This document shows, in pieces, positions 7,749 to 18,406 of a DNA stretch of 64,000 bases. Within the stretch, counting starts at the first letter, position 1; each line of letters starts with the position of its first letter. The notes under the pieces were generated by a model, which was not told where the DNA came from, ran no database searches, and saw only the letters and a program-made list of their open reading frames with translations. The DNA is from an uncultured Eubacteriales bacterium (lineage in GTDB: Bacteria > Bacillota > Clostridia > Oscillospirales > Oscillospiraceae), in NCBI GenBank assembly GCA_900549545.1, contig URPA01000001.1, positions 27,275-91,274 of the forward strand. The letters run 5' to 3'. The translations under genes and the position numbers were made by a program.

Positions 7749-8486
7749 ATGCTTACTTTAGAGAATCTCTCCTTTGATGTGAATGATGAAAAAGGAGAAA
7801 TAGGAATCATCAAAGATATAAGCTTTACAGTGGACGACGGTAAGTTTGTGGTCATAACAGGCCCCAACGGCGGCGGTAAGTCCACCACGGCTAAATTAAT
7901 CATGGGAATTGAACGCCCCACAGGAGGACGCATCCTCTTTGACGGGCAGGATATAACAGATATGAGCATTACGGACAGGGCCAACCTGGGTATCAGCTTT
8001 GCGTTCCAGCAGCCGGTCCGTTTTAAGGGCGTGCAGGTAATTGATTTGCTCCGCCTGGCAGCCAGGAAGAAGCTGACGGTATCGGAGGCCTGTCAATACC
8101 TGTCCGAGGTGGGGCTCTGCGCCAAGGACTATATCAGCCGCGAGGTCAATGCCAGCCTGTCCGGCGGCGAGCTCAAGAGAATCGAGATTGCCACTGTCAT
8201 TGCCAGGGCTTCCAGGCTTTCCGTGTTTGACGAGCCGGAGGCAGGCATTGATTTGTGGAGCTTCCAGAATCTGATTCAGGTGTTTGAGCGCATGAGGCAG
8301 AATACCAACGGCTCCATCCTGATTATATCCCACCAGGAGCGGATTCTCAACATTGCGGATGAGATTGTGGTGATTGCGGACGGCAAGGTAGTGAACCAGG
8401 GGACCAGGGATGAAATTATGCCGCAAATCATGGGCACTGCGTCCGCGGTGGATGCCTGCAGTAAATTTTATGAGACAGCGCAGTGA
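7749..8486 (+). CDS. sufC: Fe-S cluster assembly ATPase SufC
   Basis: ABC ATPase with a Walker A motif GPNGGGKST and the signature LSGGELKR. Start chosen at 7749, after a GAGGAAGG Shine-Dalgarno. Confidence 0.8.
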   Translation: MLTLENLSFDVNDEKGEIGIIKDISFTVDDGKFVVITGPNGGGKSTTAKLIMGIERPTGGRILFDGQDITDMSITDRANLGISFAFQQPVRFKGVQVIDLLRLAARKKLTVSEACQYLSEVGLCAKDYISREVNASLSGGELKRIEIATVIARASRLSVFDEPEAGIDLWSFQNLIQVFERMRQNTNGSILIISHQERILNIADEIVVIADGKVVNQGTRDEIMPQIMGTASAVDACSKFYETAQ

Positions 8487-8503
8487 GGGGAGGAGTGAGC
8501 GAT

Positions 8504-9424
8504 ATGGCAGACAGCATCCAGGAGAGAATATTAATGGAAGTGGCCGACCTTCACGGTGTTCCGGAGGGGGCCTATAATATAAGGGCCAACGGCCAGACAG
8601 CCGGCCGTAATACAACGGCCAATATAGACATTGTTACAAAGACAGATAAGCCGGGCATTGACATACGAATCAAACCAGGCACCAGGAACGAGAGCATACA
8701 CATTCCCGTGGTGGTCAGCGCCAGCGGATTAAAGGAAATGGTATATAACGATTTCTTTATCGGTGAGGATTCGGATGTGGTCATCGTGGCGGGCTGCGGT
8801 ATCCATAACTGCGGGGACCAGGATTCAGAGCATGACGGAATCCACCGCTTTTTTGTGGGAAAGAACGCCAGGGTCAAATACGTGGAAAAGCACTACGGAG
8901 AGGGCGACGGCAACGGCAGGCGCATCCTGAATCCGGGCACAGAGGTCTACATGGAGGAAAACAGCTACATGGAGATGGAGATGGTCCAGATTGAGGGTGT
9001 GGACTCCACCAACAGGACCAATTCCGCGGAGCTGGCGGCAGGAGCCAAGCTCATTGTGCGTGAGCGTCTCCTGACCCATGGCAGCCAGAATGCAGAGAGT
9101 ACTTACATTGTAAACCTGAACGGGGAGGATTCCAGCGCGGATGTGGTGTCCCGTTCTGTTGCAAAGGATACCTCCAGGCAGACCTTTAATTCCAAAATCG
9201 TGGGCAATGCCAAGTGCAGCGGACATACGGAGTGCGACGCCATCATCATGGACGATGCCAGGATATTGGCAATTCCCGGATTGATTGCCAACAACATTGA
9301 CGCTGCCCTGATTCATGAGGCAGCCATAGGCAAGATTGCAGGGGAGCAGATTGTGAAGCTTATGACCCTGGGCCTTACGGAGGAAGAGGCGGAAGCCCAG
9401 ATTGTCAATGGCTTCTTGAAATAG
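8504..9424 (+). CDS. Fe-S cluster assembly protein, short form of the SufB/SufD family
   Basis: The C-terminal segment HEAAIGKIAGEQIVKLMTLGLTEEEAEAQIVNGFL matches the conserved C-terminus of SufB/SufD. It lies immediately downstream of sufC. Confidence 0.7.
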   Translation: MADSIQERILMEVADLHGVPEGAYNIRANGQTAGRNTTANIDIVTKTDKPGIDIRIKPGTRNESIHIPVVVSASGLKEMVYNDFFIGEDSDVVIVAGCGIHNCGDQDSEHDGIHRFFVGKNARVKYVEKHYGEGDGNGRRILNPGTEVYMEENSYMEMEMVQIEGVDSTNRTNSAELAAGAKLIVRERLLTHGSQNAESTYIVNLNGEDSSADVVSRSVAKDTSRQTFNSKIVGNAKCSGHTECDAIIMDDARILAIPGLIANNIDAALIHEAAIGKIAGEQIVKLMTLGLTEEEAEAQIVNGFLK

Positions 9425-9548
9425 TCAGACAGAACAATCCAACATGCAAGAGAAGCTGCTGCGGCCCAACAGGCCGCAGCTTGCGTATGTACCGGCGCAG
9501 ATGATGGGGCGGTACAGCAGCATTATTATGATACAGGGGGATAAAATC

Positions 9549-10844
9549 ATGGGGGAAAATCGTGAGGGAAGGGCTGCTGCCCTTCTGCCTATTCTGGTAT
9601 TTCTGCTGATTTTCTTGGGCTCCGGGTTCATCACCGGGGATTTTTACAGCATGCCGGCCATTGTGGCCTTTTTGATTGCACTTTTAGCGGCCTTTGCGCA
9701 GAACCGGGAGCTGGGCTTTTCGGAAAAGATAAGGCTGGCCGCCCAGGGGGTAGGGGATGAAAATATCATTACCATGTGCCTTATATTCCTGGCGGCAGGC
9801 GCCTTTACGGGAGCTGTGAAGGCAGCGGGCGGCGTGGATTCCACGGTTAACCTGGGGCTTTCCATCCTGCCTTCCAACGTGGCAGTGGCAGGGCTGTTTC
9901 TGATTGGGTGCTTTATCTCCATTTCCATGGGAACATCCGTTGGCACCATCACGGCCCTGGCGCCCATTGCAGTGGGAATCAGCCAGAAAACAGGGTTTTC
10001 CATGGCTGTCTGTGCAGGGGCCGTGGTGGGCGGGGCCATGTTCGGGGATAACCTGTCCATGATTAGCGATACCACCATAGCAGCGGTAAAGACACAGGGA
10101 TGCGAGATGAAGGATAAGTTCAGGGAGAATTTCCTCATCGTGCTGCCGGCCGCCATTGTAACGGTTCTTTTGTTCCTGGTCCTGGGAAAGGATGCCTCGT
10201 TTCAGATGCAGGGCAGCCTTGATTACAACCTGTTCCGGGTGGTGCCCTATCTGGTGGTGCTCATTGGCGCGCTGGCAGGGGTGAACGTATTTCTGGTCCT
10301 CATGGCAGGCACGGTGCTGTCCCTGATAGCAGGAGTGGCCACGGGAGCCTTTGGACTGGGGGAAATGTTCACCCATGTGGGCCTGGGTGTGACAGGCATG
10401 TATGACATCACGGTGATATCTGTGATTGTGGCCTGCATCGTTGCCCTGGTAAAGGAGTACGGAGGCATTGCCTTTATCCTTTCGTTCATCAGGAAGAGAA
10501 TCAGCGGGGAAAGGGGAGGGGAGCTTGGAATCGCTGCCCTGGCCCTGCTGGTGGATATGTGCACGGCCAACAATACGGTGGCCATTGTCATGGCAGGCCC
10601 CATAGCAAAGGAAATCAGCGATGATTTCGGCGTGACGCCCCGGCGTTCCGCCTCCCTTCTGGACATGTTCAGCTCCATGGGACAGGGACTGATTCCTTAC
10701 GGCGCGCAGCTTCTGGCGGCAGCCAGCCTCACAGGGCTGACGCCCTTTGAAATCATTCCCTATTGTTTTTATCCCATCCTCATGGGAGTCAGCGGGCTGA
10801 TATTCATATTCATTAAAAAGAGACATGGAAAGGTACTGGTATGA
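9549..10844 (+). CDS. Na+/H+ antiporter NhaC-family membrane transporter
   Basis: Polytopic membrane protein with an NhaC-like pattern. Start chosen at 9549 after an AGGGGGA Shine-Dalgarno. The ORF track offers an alternative start at 9444. Confidence 0.6.
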   Translation: MGENREGRAAALLPILVFLLIFLGSGFITGDFYSMPAIVAFLIALLAAFAQNRELGFSEKIRLAAQGVGDENIITMCLIFLAAGAFTGAVKAAGGVDSTVNLGLSILPSNVAVAGLFLIGCFISISMGTSVGTITALAPIAVGISQKTGFSMAVCAGAVVGGAMFGDNLSMISDTTIAAVKTQGCEMKDKFRENFLIVLPAAIVTVLLFLVLGKDASFQMQGSLDYNLFRVVPYLVVLIGALAGVNVFLVLMAGTVLSLIAGVATGAFGLGEMFTHVGLGVTGMYDITVISVIVACIVALVKEYGGIAFILSFIRKRISGERGGELGIAALALLVDMCTANNTVAIVMAGPIAKEISDDFGVTPRRSASLLDMFSSMGQGLIPYGAQLLAAASLTGLTPFEIIPYCFYPILMGVSGLIFIFIKKRHGKVLV

Positions 10845-12169
10845 AGACAAAAAATCAATGGGCAAGTAAACTTGGATTTATTATGGCAACCGCCGGGGCT
10901 GCCATAGGACTGGGGAACCTGTGGAAGTTCCCCTATCTCATGGGACGCAACGGAGGGGCTTCCTTTCTGGTGGTATACTTATTTTTCATCTGCATCCTGG
11001 GCGTGCCGGTGATGATGCTGGAGATGTCCCTGGGCAGAAAGACCCGGCACGACCCTGTGCAGGCATACGGGGATATCCATCCCAATGCCAGGATAGCCGG
11101 GGTATTCGGAGTGGCGGCAGCCTTTCTGATTCTGTCCTATTACAGCGTTATCGGGGGCTGGATTATTAAGTATATTGTGAGTTATGGAACCACCTTCCAC
11201 GCCCCGGAGGATTTTACGGCGTTTATCAGCGCCCCGGTGGAGCCGGTGTTCTGGCATTTCCTGTTCCTGTTTATGACAACGGCTGTCTGTTATCACGGCA
11301 TCAGCGGCATTGAGAATGTCAGCCGAATCATGATGCCCCTGCTTTTCCTGCTGCTGATTGTAATTATTGTGAGGAGCGTAACCCTGCCGGATGCTGCCCT
11401 GGGCCTTAAGTTCATCTTCATTCCCAGCAGCGCGGCCTTTAACATGAAGGCGGTCAGCGCGGCCCTGGGGCAGGTGTTCTACTCCCTGAGCCTTTGTATG
11501 GGAATCACCATTACCTACGGAAGCTATCTGGGGGATAAGGAAGACATACCCAGAAGCTGCGCCAGCGTGGCGGGACTTGACACCATCATTGCGGTGATGG
11601 CAGGCATAGCCATATTTCCGGCCGTGTTTTCCTTTGGACTGGAGCCGGGACAGGGACCCGGCCTTATATTCGGCACGCTTCCCAAAGTATTTTCCTCTAT
11701 TAAAGGGGGGACGTTCTTTGCAATCCTGTTTTTTGCACTGGTGCTGTTTGCTGCTGTGACCAGCGCCATTGCCCTGTTGGAGGTGGTGGTTTCCTTCGCA
11801 GTGGACAGCCTTAAGTGGACCAGGAAAAAGGCTACGGTCATCCTGGGTGTCCTGATTTTCCTGACAGGGGTGCCCAGCGCCCTGTCCTTCGGTGTTCTGG
11901 GGGATGTGACCGTACTGAATTACAGTGTGTTTGATTTTGTGGGAATGGTTACGGACAACATCCTCCTTCCATTTGGGGGCCTGGCCATGTGCTATTTCAT
12001 TGGATGGAAATGGAATCCCCAGTATCTGGTGGATGAAGTGGAGAAAAACGGAGTCACCTTCAGGCTTAAAAAGCTTTGGATATTCTGTATACGGTTCCTC
12101 ACCCCAATTCTGGTGGCAGTTGTCACCCTGACTGGATTTGCCAGTATTTATTCTATTGTGCGCGGATAG
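10841..12169 (+). CDS. sodium-dependent transporter, neurotransmitter:sodium symporter (SNF/NSS) family
   Basis: N-terminal GLGNLWKFPY signature. It overlaps the upstream stop (ATGA). Confidence 0.8.
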   Translation: MKTKNQWASKLGFIMATAGAAIGLGNLWKFPYLMGRNGGASFLVVYLFFICILGVPVMMLEMSLGRKTRHDPVQAYGDIHPNARIAGVFGVAAAFLILSYYSVIGGWIIKYIVSYGTTFHAPEDFTAFISAPVEPVFWHFLFLFMTTAVCYHGISGIENVSRIMMPLLFLLLIVIIVRSVTLPDAALGLKFIFIPSSAAFNMKAVSAALGQVFYSLSLCMGITITYGSYLGDKEDIPRSCASVAGLDTIIAVMAGIAIFPAVFSFGLEPGQGPGLIFGTLPKVFSSIKGGTFFAILFFALVLFAAVTSAIALLEVVVSFAVDSLKWTRKKATVILGVLIFLTGVPSALSFGVLGDVTVLNYSVFDFVGMVTDNILLPFGGLAMCYFIGWKWNPQYLVDEVEKNGVTFRLKKLWIFCIRFLTPILVAVVTLTGFASIYSIVRG

Positions 12170-12202
12170 GAATACATATATGGGTAGAGGAGGTGCGCCC
12201 AT

Positions 12203-13954
12203 ATGGAGAATCAGAAACGGGAAAATCTGCTGAACCTGGCCCTGGATGCCACGGAGGAGGAACGGCTGAAATCAGTGAACCTGAATGTGGGGTATGACCC
12301 TGAGGAGAAAACCTGGGAGCTTATTGTCAGGTACAATGGTTCCCTTGCGTCCCTCCGGGACACAGGCATACGGGTGGATGAACTGGCGGCGGGATATGCG
12401 GTCCTGGTAGTGCCGGAGAGTCTTATGGAACAGGTCAGCAGCATGGAGGAAATTGTATACATTGAGAAACCAAAGAGGCTGTTCTTTGCCAGCAACATGG
12501 CAAGGGCAGCCTCCTGTCTGAGTACGATTCAGACCAGCACCGGGGCAGGGGCCGGCGGGGCGGGAGCAGGCGTCATAAGCGGCCTGGAGTCCGGCCTTAC
12601 GGGAAGGGGCGTGCTGGTGGCGGTTATTGACTCCGGCATTGATTACTTTCATCCGGATTTCAGGAACCCGGACGGGACCACCCGCATCGGCCTGCTGGCA
12701 GACCAGGACAGGGACCGTATTTACACCAGGGAGGAAATCAATGCAGCCCTAGAAACCGGAAGCCGGTCCTCTGCCCTGGCCCTGGTTCCCTCCACAGACC
12801 CCAGCGGACACGGCACAGCAGTGGCGGCCATAGCGGCCGGCAACGGCAGGGAGGGGAACGGCGTATACCGGGGGGTTGCCTATGAGAGCGAGATTATGGT
12901 GGTGAAATTGGGAACGCCCCTGACGGACAGCTTTCCGCGGACCACCCAGCTGATGAAGGCCCTGGATTTGGTGGTACGGCGGGCCCTGGACATGAACCGG
13001 CCCCTGGCCGTAAATCTGAGCTTTGGAAATACCTACGGCTCCCACGACGGGACCAGTCTGCTGGAAACATTCATTGACGACATGTCAAACATTGGGAGGA
13101 ACGTCATTGTGGCCGGCACGGGAAATGAGGGAACCGGGGCAGGGCACAGGGCAGGCAGGCTGGTTATGGGACAGGAGGAAAATGCGGAGCTGTCCATTGC
13201 ACCTTATGAGACAGGGATGGGGGTACAGCTGTGGAAGTCCTATGTGGACCAGTTTTCCATCCGTCTGATTACGCCCTCAGGGGAGATGATAGGGCCCATT
13301 GACAGCCGCCTGGGGCCCCAGACGCTGCGTTACGGCGGAACACAGATACTGATTTATTATGGTAAGCCCAGTCCCTTCAGCCGGGCCCAGGAGGTATACT
13401 TTGATTTCCTGCCTGTCAGGGATTATCTGGACAGCGGAATATGGACCTTCCGCCTGACGCCGGAGCGGATTGTGACCGGACAGTACGATATGTGGCTGCC
13501 TTCCAGGGGAATCCTGAACCCGTCCACCCGTTTCTTAAGGCCGGTGCCGGAAACCACCCTGACCATTCCCTCCACTGCGGCCAATGTGATATCCGTGGGA
13601 GCCTACGATGACTCCTACCGCGCCTATGCGGATTTTTCCGGACGCGGCTTCACCCGCCAGACAGGGCAGGTAAAGCCGGATTTGGCAGCTCCGGGAGTGG
13701 ATATTGTCACAGCCAGAAGGGGCGGCGGATACGAGGCGGTGACAGGGACCTCCTTTGCGGCCCCCTTTGTCACGGGCAGCGCGGCCCTGCTGATGCAGTG
13801 GGGCATTCTGCAGGGAAACGACCCCTTTCTTTACGGCGAGAAGGTAAAGGCGTATTTTACCAGAGGCGCCAGGCATCTGCCGGGGTATGATGTGTGGCCC
13901 AATGAAAGGCTGGGGTACGGCACCCTGTGCGTGAGGGACAGTCTGCCGGTGTAG
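12203..13954 (+). CDS. subtilisin-like serine protease (peptidase S8), possibly a Csp-type germination protease
   Basis: Catalytic triad contexts VIDSGID, HGTAVAA and GTSFAAP. The 583-aa size and an N-terminal pro-region resemble clostridial CspB/CspA. Confidence 0.7.
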   Translation: MENQKRENLLNLALDATEEERLKSVNLNVGYDPEEKTWELIVRYNGSLASLRDTGIRVDELAAGYAVLVVPESLMEQVSSMEEIVYIEKPKRLFFASNMARAASCLSTIQTSTGAGAGGAGAGVISGLESGLTGRGVLVAVIDSGIDYFHPDFRNPDGTTRIGLLADQDRDRIYTREEINAALETGSRSSALALVPSTDPSGHGTAVAAIAAGNGREGNGVYRGVAYESEIMVVKLGTPLTDSFPRTTQLMKALDLVVRRALDMNRPLAVNLSFGNTYGSHDGTSLLETFIDDMSNIGRNVIVAGTGNEGTGAGHRAGRLVMGQEENAELSIAPYETGMGVQLWKSYVDQFSIRLITPSGEMIGPIDSRLGPQTLRYGGTQILIYYGKPSPFSRAQEVYFDFLPVRDYLDSGIWTFRLTPERIVTGQYDMWLPSRGILNPSTRFLRPVPETTLTIPSTAANVISVGAYDDSYRAYADFSGRGFTRQTGQVKPDLAAPGVDIVTARRGGGYEAVTGTSFAAPFVTGSAALLMQWGILQGNDPFLYGEKVKAYFTRGARHLPGYDVWPNERLGYGTLCVRDSLPV

Positions 13955-14131
13955 GGCATTGCTTCTATGACCTGTGACACATCCACTAGGAAATAGTTAG
14001 AATTTATGATATAATGTGAGCATTAGGCAGCTGTTTACAGGCCTGATGCTCTTTTGCTTACGCAATATTTGAAATTTTTGTAGTAAAAACATGAATCCGA
14101 CAATATAATAATAGAGATAGGGAGTGGATGG

Positions 14132-15142
14132 ATGAATATCAGGGAGTCACTGGAGGCATTGGAAGAATCGTACATGAGTCCCTTTGCGTCCCTTAGCAGC
14201 AGGACCAGGGGACGGGACAAGCCGGAGGAACTGTGCGATATGCGGCCTGAGTACCAGCGGGACAGGGACCGCATCCTGCACTCCAAGGCATTCCGGCGGC
14301 TGAAGCACAAGACCCAGGTGTTCCTGGCGCCTGAGGGGGACCACTACAGAACCAGGCTTACCCATACCCTGGAGGTGTCCCAGATTGCCCGCACCATTGC
14401 CAAGACCCTGCGGCTCAACGAAAGCCTGACAGAGGCCATTGCCCTGGGCCATGACCTGGGCCATACGCCCTTTGGCCATTCCGGCGAATACATACTGAAT
14501 CAGATATGCGAGGACGGCTTTACCCACTATGAGCAGAGCGTGCGCATTGTGGAGGTGCTGGAAAAGGACGGGAAGGGACTGAACCTGACCTGGGAGGTAC
14601 GGGACGGCATACGCAACCACAGGACCTCCGGCCACCCATCCACCCTGGAGGGCTCTATTGTCCGGCTGTCGGATAAGATTGCCTATATCAACCACGACAT
14701 AGACGACGCCATCCGCGCCAGGATGTTCACGGAGCATGAGCTGCCCAGGGTGTATACCGATGTGCTGGGCCACAGTGTCCGGGAACGGCTCAACAACATG
14801 ATTCACGACATCATACTGAACAGCATGGACAAACCGGCCATCACCATGTCGGAGGGAATGGAGGAGGCCATGCAGGGCCTGCGCAAATGGATGTTTGACA
14901 ATGTGTACAAGAATGATATACCCAAGGCAGAGGAGGGAAAGGCCCAGAACATGATTACCCAGCTCTATGAGTACTATATGGGGCATGTGGATAAGCTGCC
15001 GGTGGAGTATGTGCTTCTTATGGTCAATAAGGGGGAGAAGAAGTCCCGGGTGGTGTGCGATTACATTGCCGGTATGAGCGACATCTATGCCATTGACCAG
15101 TTTGAGGAATTATTTGTTCCGAAGCGGTGGAACGTGTACTGA
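14132..15142 (+). CDS. dgt: dGTP triphosphohydrolase-like HD-domain protein
   Basis: HD motif in HTLEVSQIARTIA ... GHDLGHTPFGH. Position upstream of dnaG-sigA, as in the Firmicutes macromolecular-synthesis operon. Confidence 0.8.
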   Translation: MNIRESLEALEESYMSPFASLSSRTRGRDKPEELCDMRPEYQRDRDRILHSKAFRRLKHKTQVFLAPEGDHYRTRLTHTLEVSQIARTIAKTLRLNESLTEAIALGHDLGHTPFGHSGEYILNQICEDGFTHYEQSVRIVEVLEKDGKGLNLTWEVRDGIRNHRTSGHPSTLEGSIVRLSDKIAYINHDIDDAIRARMFTEHELPRVYTDVLGHSVRERLNNMIHDIILNSMDKPAITMSEGMEEAMQGLRKWMFDNVYKNDIPKAEEGKAQNMITQLYEYYMGHVDKLPVEYVLLMVNKGEKKSRVVCDYIAGMSDIYAIDQFEELFVPKRWNVY

Positions 15143-15240
15143 CGGGCCGGACCGGCCGGTTCCGGGCCGCGGCGGGCTGGGGTTAAACAGCCTGTGCCGT
15201 AAAGATACACATTATAAAGATACAGAAGGGAGATTATTGC

Positions 15241-17142
15241 ATGTACTATCCCGATGAAGTCATAGAAGAAGTGAGAATGAAGAATGACATCGTGGACGTG
15301 ATTTCAGGATACGTGAAACTGCAGAAAAAGGGGGCCAACTACTTTGGTCTGTGCCCCTTCCACAATGAGAAGTCCCCGTCCTTTTCCGTATCGCCGGGGA
15401 AGCAGATGTATTACTGCTTTGGATGCGGGGCAGGTGGGAATGTCATCACCTTTCTGATGGAATATGAAAATTTTACCTTCCAGGAGGCGCTCCAGTCCCT
15501 GGCGGACAGGTCCGGAGTGAACCTGCCAAAGATGGAGTACAGCCGCGAAGCACGGGAGCAGGCGGAGCTGAGGGCCAGGCTTTTAGAGGTGAACAAGCTG
15601 GCTGCCAACTATTTCTATTATCAGATGAAACAGCCCCAGGGCAAGCCGGCCTATGATTATTTCCACCTCAAAAGAGGTTTGGCGGATGAAACCATGGTCC
15701 GCTTCGGACTGGGATATTCCAATAAGACCAGCGATGATTTGTACCGCTACCTGAAAGGAAAGGGCTACGAGGACAGTTTCCTCAAGGACACCGGCCTGGT
15801 GACGCTGGAGGAGCGGGGAGGAAGGGACAAGTTCTGGAACCGCGTCATGTTCCCCATTATGGATGTGAACAACCGTGTCATTGGCTTTGGGGGCCGCGTC
15901 ATGGGAGACGGGGAGCCAAAATACCTGAATTCCCCGGAGACAAAGCTGTTTGACAAGAGCCGCAACCTATACGGCCTGAATTATGCCAGGCTTTCCAGGG
16001 AAGGCTATCTATTGATTTGCGAAGGCTACCTGGACGTCATATCCCTGCACCAGGCAGGCTTTACCAATGCAGTGGCGTCCCTGGGCACTGCCTTTACCAG
16101 CCAGCACGCCAATGTGCTGAAACGGTATACGGACCAGGTAATCCTTACCTATGACAGCGACGGGGCCGGGGTGAAGGCGGCGCTGAGAGCCATTCCCATT
16201 TTAAAGGAAGTGGGGATGTCCATCAAGGTGCTGAACATGAAGCCCTATAAGGACCCGGACGAGTTTATCAAGAACATGGGGGCGGATGCATTCCGCCAGA
16301 GGATTAAGGAGGCTAAGAACAGCTTCCTCTTTGAGGTGGATGTGCTGCGGAGGGGATATGAGATGGATGACCCGGAGCAGAAGACCAGGTTTTATCAGGA
16401 GACGGCAAGGAAGCTGCTTCAGTTTGGCGAGGCCCTGGAGAGGGAAAACTATCTCCAGGCAGTGGCCAGGGAGCAGATGATTCCGGCGGATGAGCTGCGA
16501 GGCCTGGTAAACCGCATGGGCATGTCCATGGGCCTTAAGGCCGGCGAGAGCCTGAGCCATTCCGGCCGCGTGGTATCAAAGGATGCAGAGGAAGAGGGAT
16601 ACAGCCAGGAGACAGGCCGTTTTGCCGGCCATGGACACCAGGAGGACGGGGGAAACGGATACCCAGGAGGCGGATATTCCGGAAACGGGCTTTCGGGCAG
16701 CCGCAAACCCAGGCGGCCGGATAAGGAGGATGGAATCCGCCGTTCCCAGAGACTGCTTCTGACCTGGCTCATAGAGACACCGGCCCTGTTTGAGAAGATA
16801 GAGGGCATCATAACAGCAGATGATTTTGTGGAGGATTTGTATCATCAGGTGGCACAGATGGTATTTGACGGACACAGGGAGGGAAAATTAAACCCAGCAG
16901 CCATACTCAGCCGGTTTATCAATGATGAGGACCAGTACAAGGAGGTGGCGGCCCTGTTTAATGCCAGTTTAAAGGAATCCCTGAACAATGAAGAACAAAA
17001 GAAGGCATTTTCGGAGACTGTGATGAAGGTCAGGAAGAACAGCCTGGATGTGGCCAGCCGCAATGCAAAGGATATAACCCAGTTACAGGAGATTATAAGG
17101 CAGCAGGCAGCCCTGAAGCAGCTGCACATCTCCCTGGATTAA
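15241..17142 (+). CDS. dnaG: DNA primase DnaG
   Basis: Zinc-finger motif CPFHNEKSPSFSV ... CFGCG, plus TOPRIM and C-terminal helicase-binding domains. Confidence 0.9.
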   Translation: MYYPDEVIEEVRMKNDIVDVISGYVKLQKKGANYFGLCPFHNEKSPSFSVSPGKQMYYCFGCGAGGNVITFLMEYENFTFQEALQSLADRSGVNLPKMEYSREAREQAELRARLLEVNKLAANYFYYQMKQPQGKPAYDYFHLKRGLADETMVRFGLGYSNKTSDDLYRYLKGKGYEDSFLKDTGLVTLEERGGRDKFWNRVMFPIMDVNNRVIGFGGRVMGDGEPKYLNSPETKLFDKSRNLYGLNYARLSREGYLLICEGYLDVISLHQAGFTNAVASLGTAFTSQHANVLKRYTDQVILTYDSDGAGVKAALRAIPILKEVGMSIKVLNMKPYKDPDEFIKNMGADAFRQRIKEAKNSFLFEVDVLRRGYEMDDPEQKTRFYQETARKLLQFGEALERENYLQAVAREQMIPADELRGLVNRMGMSMGLKAGESLSHSGRVVSKDAEEEGYSQETGRFAGHGHQEDGGNGYPGGGYSGNGLSGSRKPRRPDKEDGIRRSQRLLLTWLIETPALFEKIEGIITADDFVEDLYHQVAQMVFDGHREGKLNPAAILSRFINDEDQYKEVAALFNASLKESLNNEEQKKAFSETVMKVRKNSLDVASRNAKDITQLQEIIRQQAALKQLHISLD

Positions 17143-17160
17143 CAGCATTTCATAGGAAGG

Positions 17161-18294
17161 ATGGACCAAGTTATGGAAGGGACGGACGTGTTTGAGGAGA
17201 AACTGGCAGGACTTCTGGAGGAAGCCAAGAAAAAGAAAAACGTATTGGAATACCAGGAGGTCATGGATTATTTTGGTCAGGAACCGCCGGCAGCACAGCA
17301 GTTGGACAGGCTGTTTGAGTTCCTGGACCAGAATAAGGTGGATGTCATCCGCATGGGGATAGAGGAAGAGCTGGACCCGGACCTTTTCATCGAGGAGGAG
17401 ATGGAGCTGGATGAAGAGGAAGAAATCGATGTGGAGCACCTGGATCTGTCGGTTCCCGAGGGCGTCAGCCTGGAGGACCCTGTGCGTATGTATCTGAAGG
17501 AGATTGGTAAGATTCCCCTTCTGGGCATGGAGGATGAGGTGGAGCTGGCCAAGAAGATGGAGCTGGGCGACCCGGAGGCCAGGAAGCGCCTGGCAGAGTC
17601 CAACCTGCGCCTGGTGGTCAGCATTGCCAAGCGGTATGTGGGCAGGGGAATGCAGTTTTTAGACCTGATTCAGGAAGGAAACCTTGGGCTCATCAAGGCA
17701 GTGGAGAAATTTGACTATACCAAGGGGTATAAGTTCAGTACCTACGCCACCTGGTGGATTCGCCAGGCCATCACCAGGGCCATTGCGGACCAGGCCAGGA
17801 CCATACGGATTCCGGTTCACATGGTGGAGACCATCAACCGTCTGGTGCGCACCTCACGCCAGCTGCTGCAGGAGCTGGGCCACGAGCCGTCGCCCGAGGA
17901 GATCGCGCACAAGCTGCATCTCCCGCTGGAGAAGGTCGAGGAGGTCATGCGCATCGGGCAGGAGCCCATCTCACTCGAGACGCCGGTCGGCGAGGAGGAT
18001 GACAGCCACCTCGGCGACTTCATTCAGGACGACGAGGCCGAGGAGCCTGCGGATGCCGCGTCCTATGCCATGCTGCGCGAGCAGCTGGCGGGCGTGCTGA
18101 AGACGCTCACGCCGCGTGAGGAGCGCGTGCTGCGCCTGCGCTACGGCCTGACGGACGGCCGCATGCATACGCTGGAGGAAGTCGGGGAAGAATTTAACGT
18201 CACACGCGAGCGCATCCGCCAGATCGAGGCGAAGGCTCTGCGCAAGCTGCGCCATCCGTCGCGTTCTAAAGTGCTGAAAGACTTTTTAGGATGA
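17161..18294 (+). CDS. sigA: RNA polymerase sigma factor SigA (RpoD)
   Basis: Regions 2 to 4 are present, including [41 protein letters not shown]. Codon usage changes abruptly near 17.88 kb, inside this gene. Confidence 0.9.
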   Translation: MDQVMEGTDVFEEKLAGLLEEAKKKKNVLEYQEVMDYFGQEPPAAQQLDRLFEFLDQNKVDVIRMGIEEELDPDLFIEEEMELDEEEEIDVEHLDLSVPEGVSLEDPVRMYLKEIGKIPLLGMEDEVELAKKMELGDPEARKRLAESNLRLVVSIAKRYVGRGMQFLDLIQEGNLGLIKAVEKFDYTKGYKFSTYATWWIRQAITRAIADQARTIRIPVHMVETINRLVRTSRQLLQELGHEPSPEEIAHKLHLPLEKVEEVMRIGQEPISLETPVGEEDDSHLGDFIQDDEAEEPADAASYAMLREQLAGVLKTLTPREERVLRLRYGLTDGRMHTLEEVGEEFNVTRERIRQIEAKALRKLRHPSRSKVLKDFLG

Positions 18295-18323
18295 CAGCTG
18301 GAACGCCCCTGAAAAAATTTCTC

Positions 18324-18351
18324 TTGACTTTACGGAAAAAATCCGTATGAT
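18324..18351 (+). promoter_or_regulatory. candidate promoter for the orphan ACP gene
   Basis: TTGACT at 18324-18329, a 16-nt spacer, and TATGAT at 18346-18351. A GC hairpin (gcgcg...cgcgc) follows in the 5' leader. Confidence 0.4.
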
Positions 18352-18406
18352 ATAGAGAGGAGAGAGGCGCGACTTTGCAGCGCGTCAAAGACAGGAGCGA
18401 AGAACG

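Noticed and set aside
9684-12202. Long antisense ORFs (393 aa and 407 aa, minus strand) inside the NhaC and NSS transporter genes
   Set aside because: These are typical high-GC antisense open frames. They are His/Arg/Gly/Pro-rich, lack a ribosome-binding site, and lie fully inside plus-strand genes that have strong family signatures.
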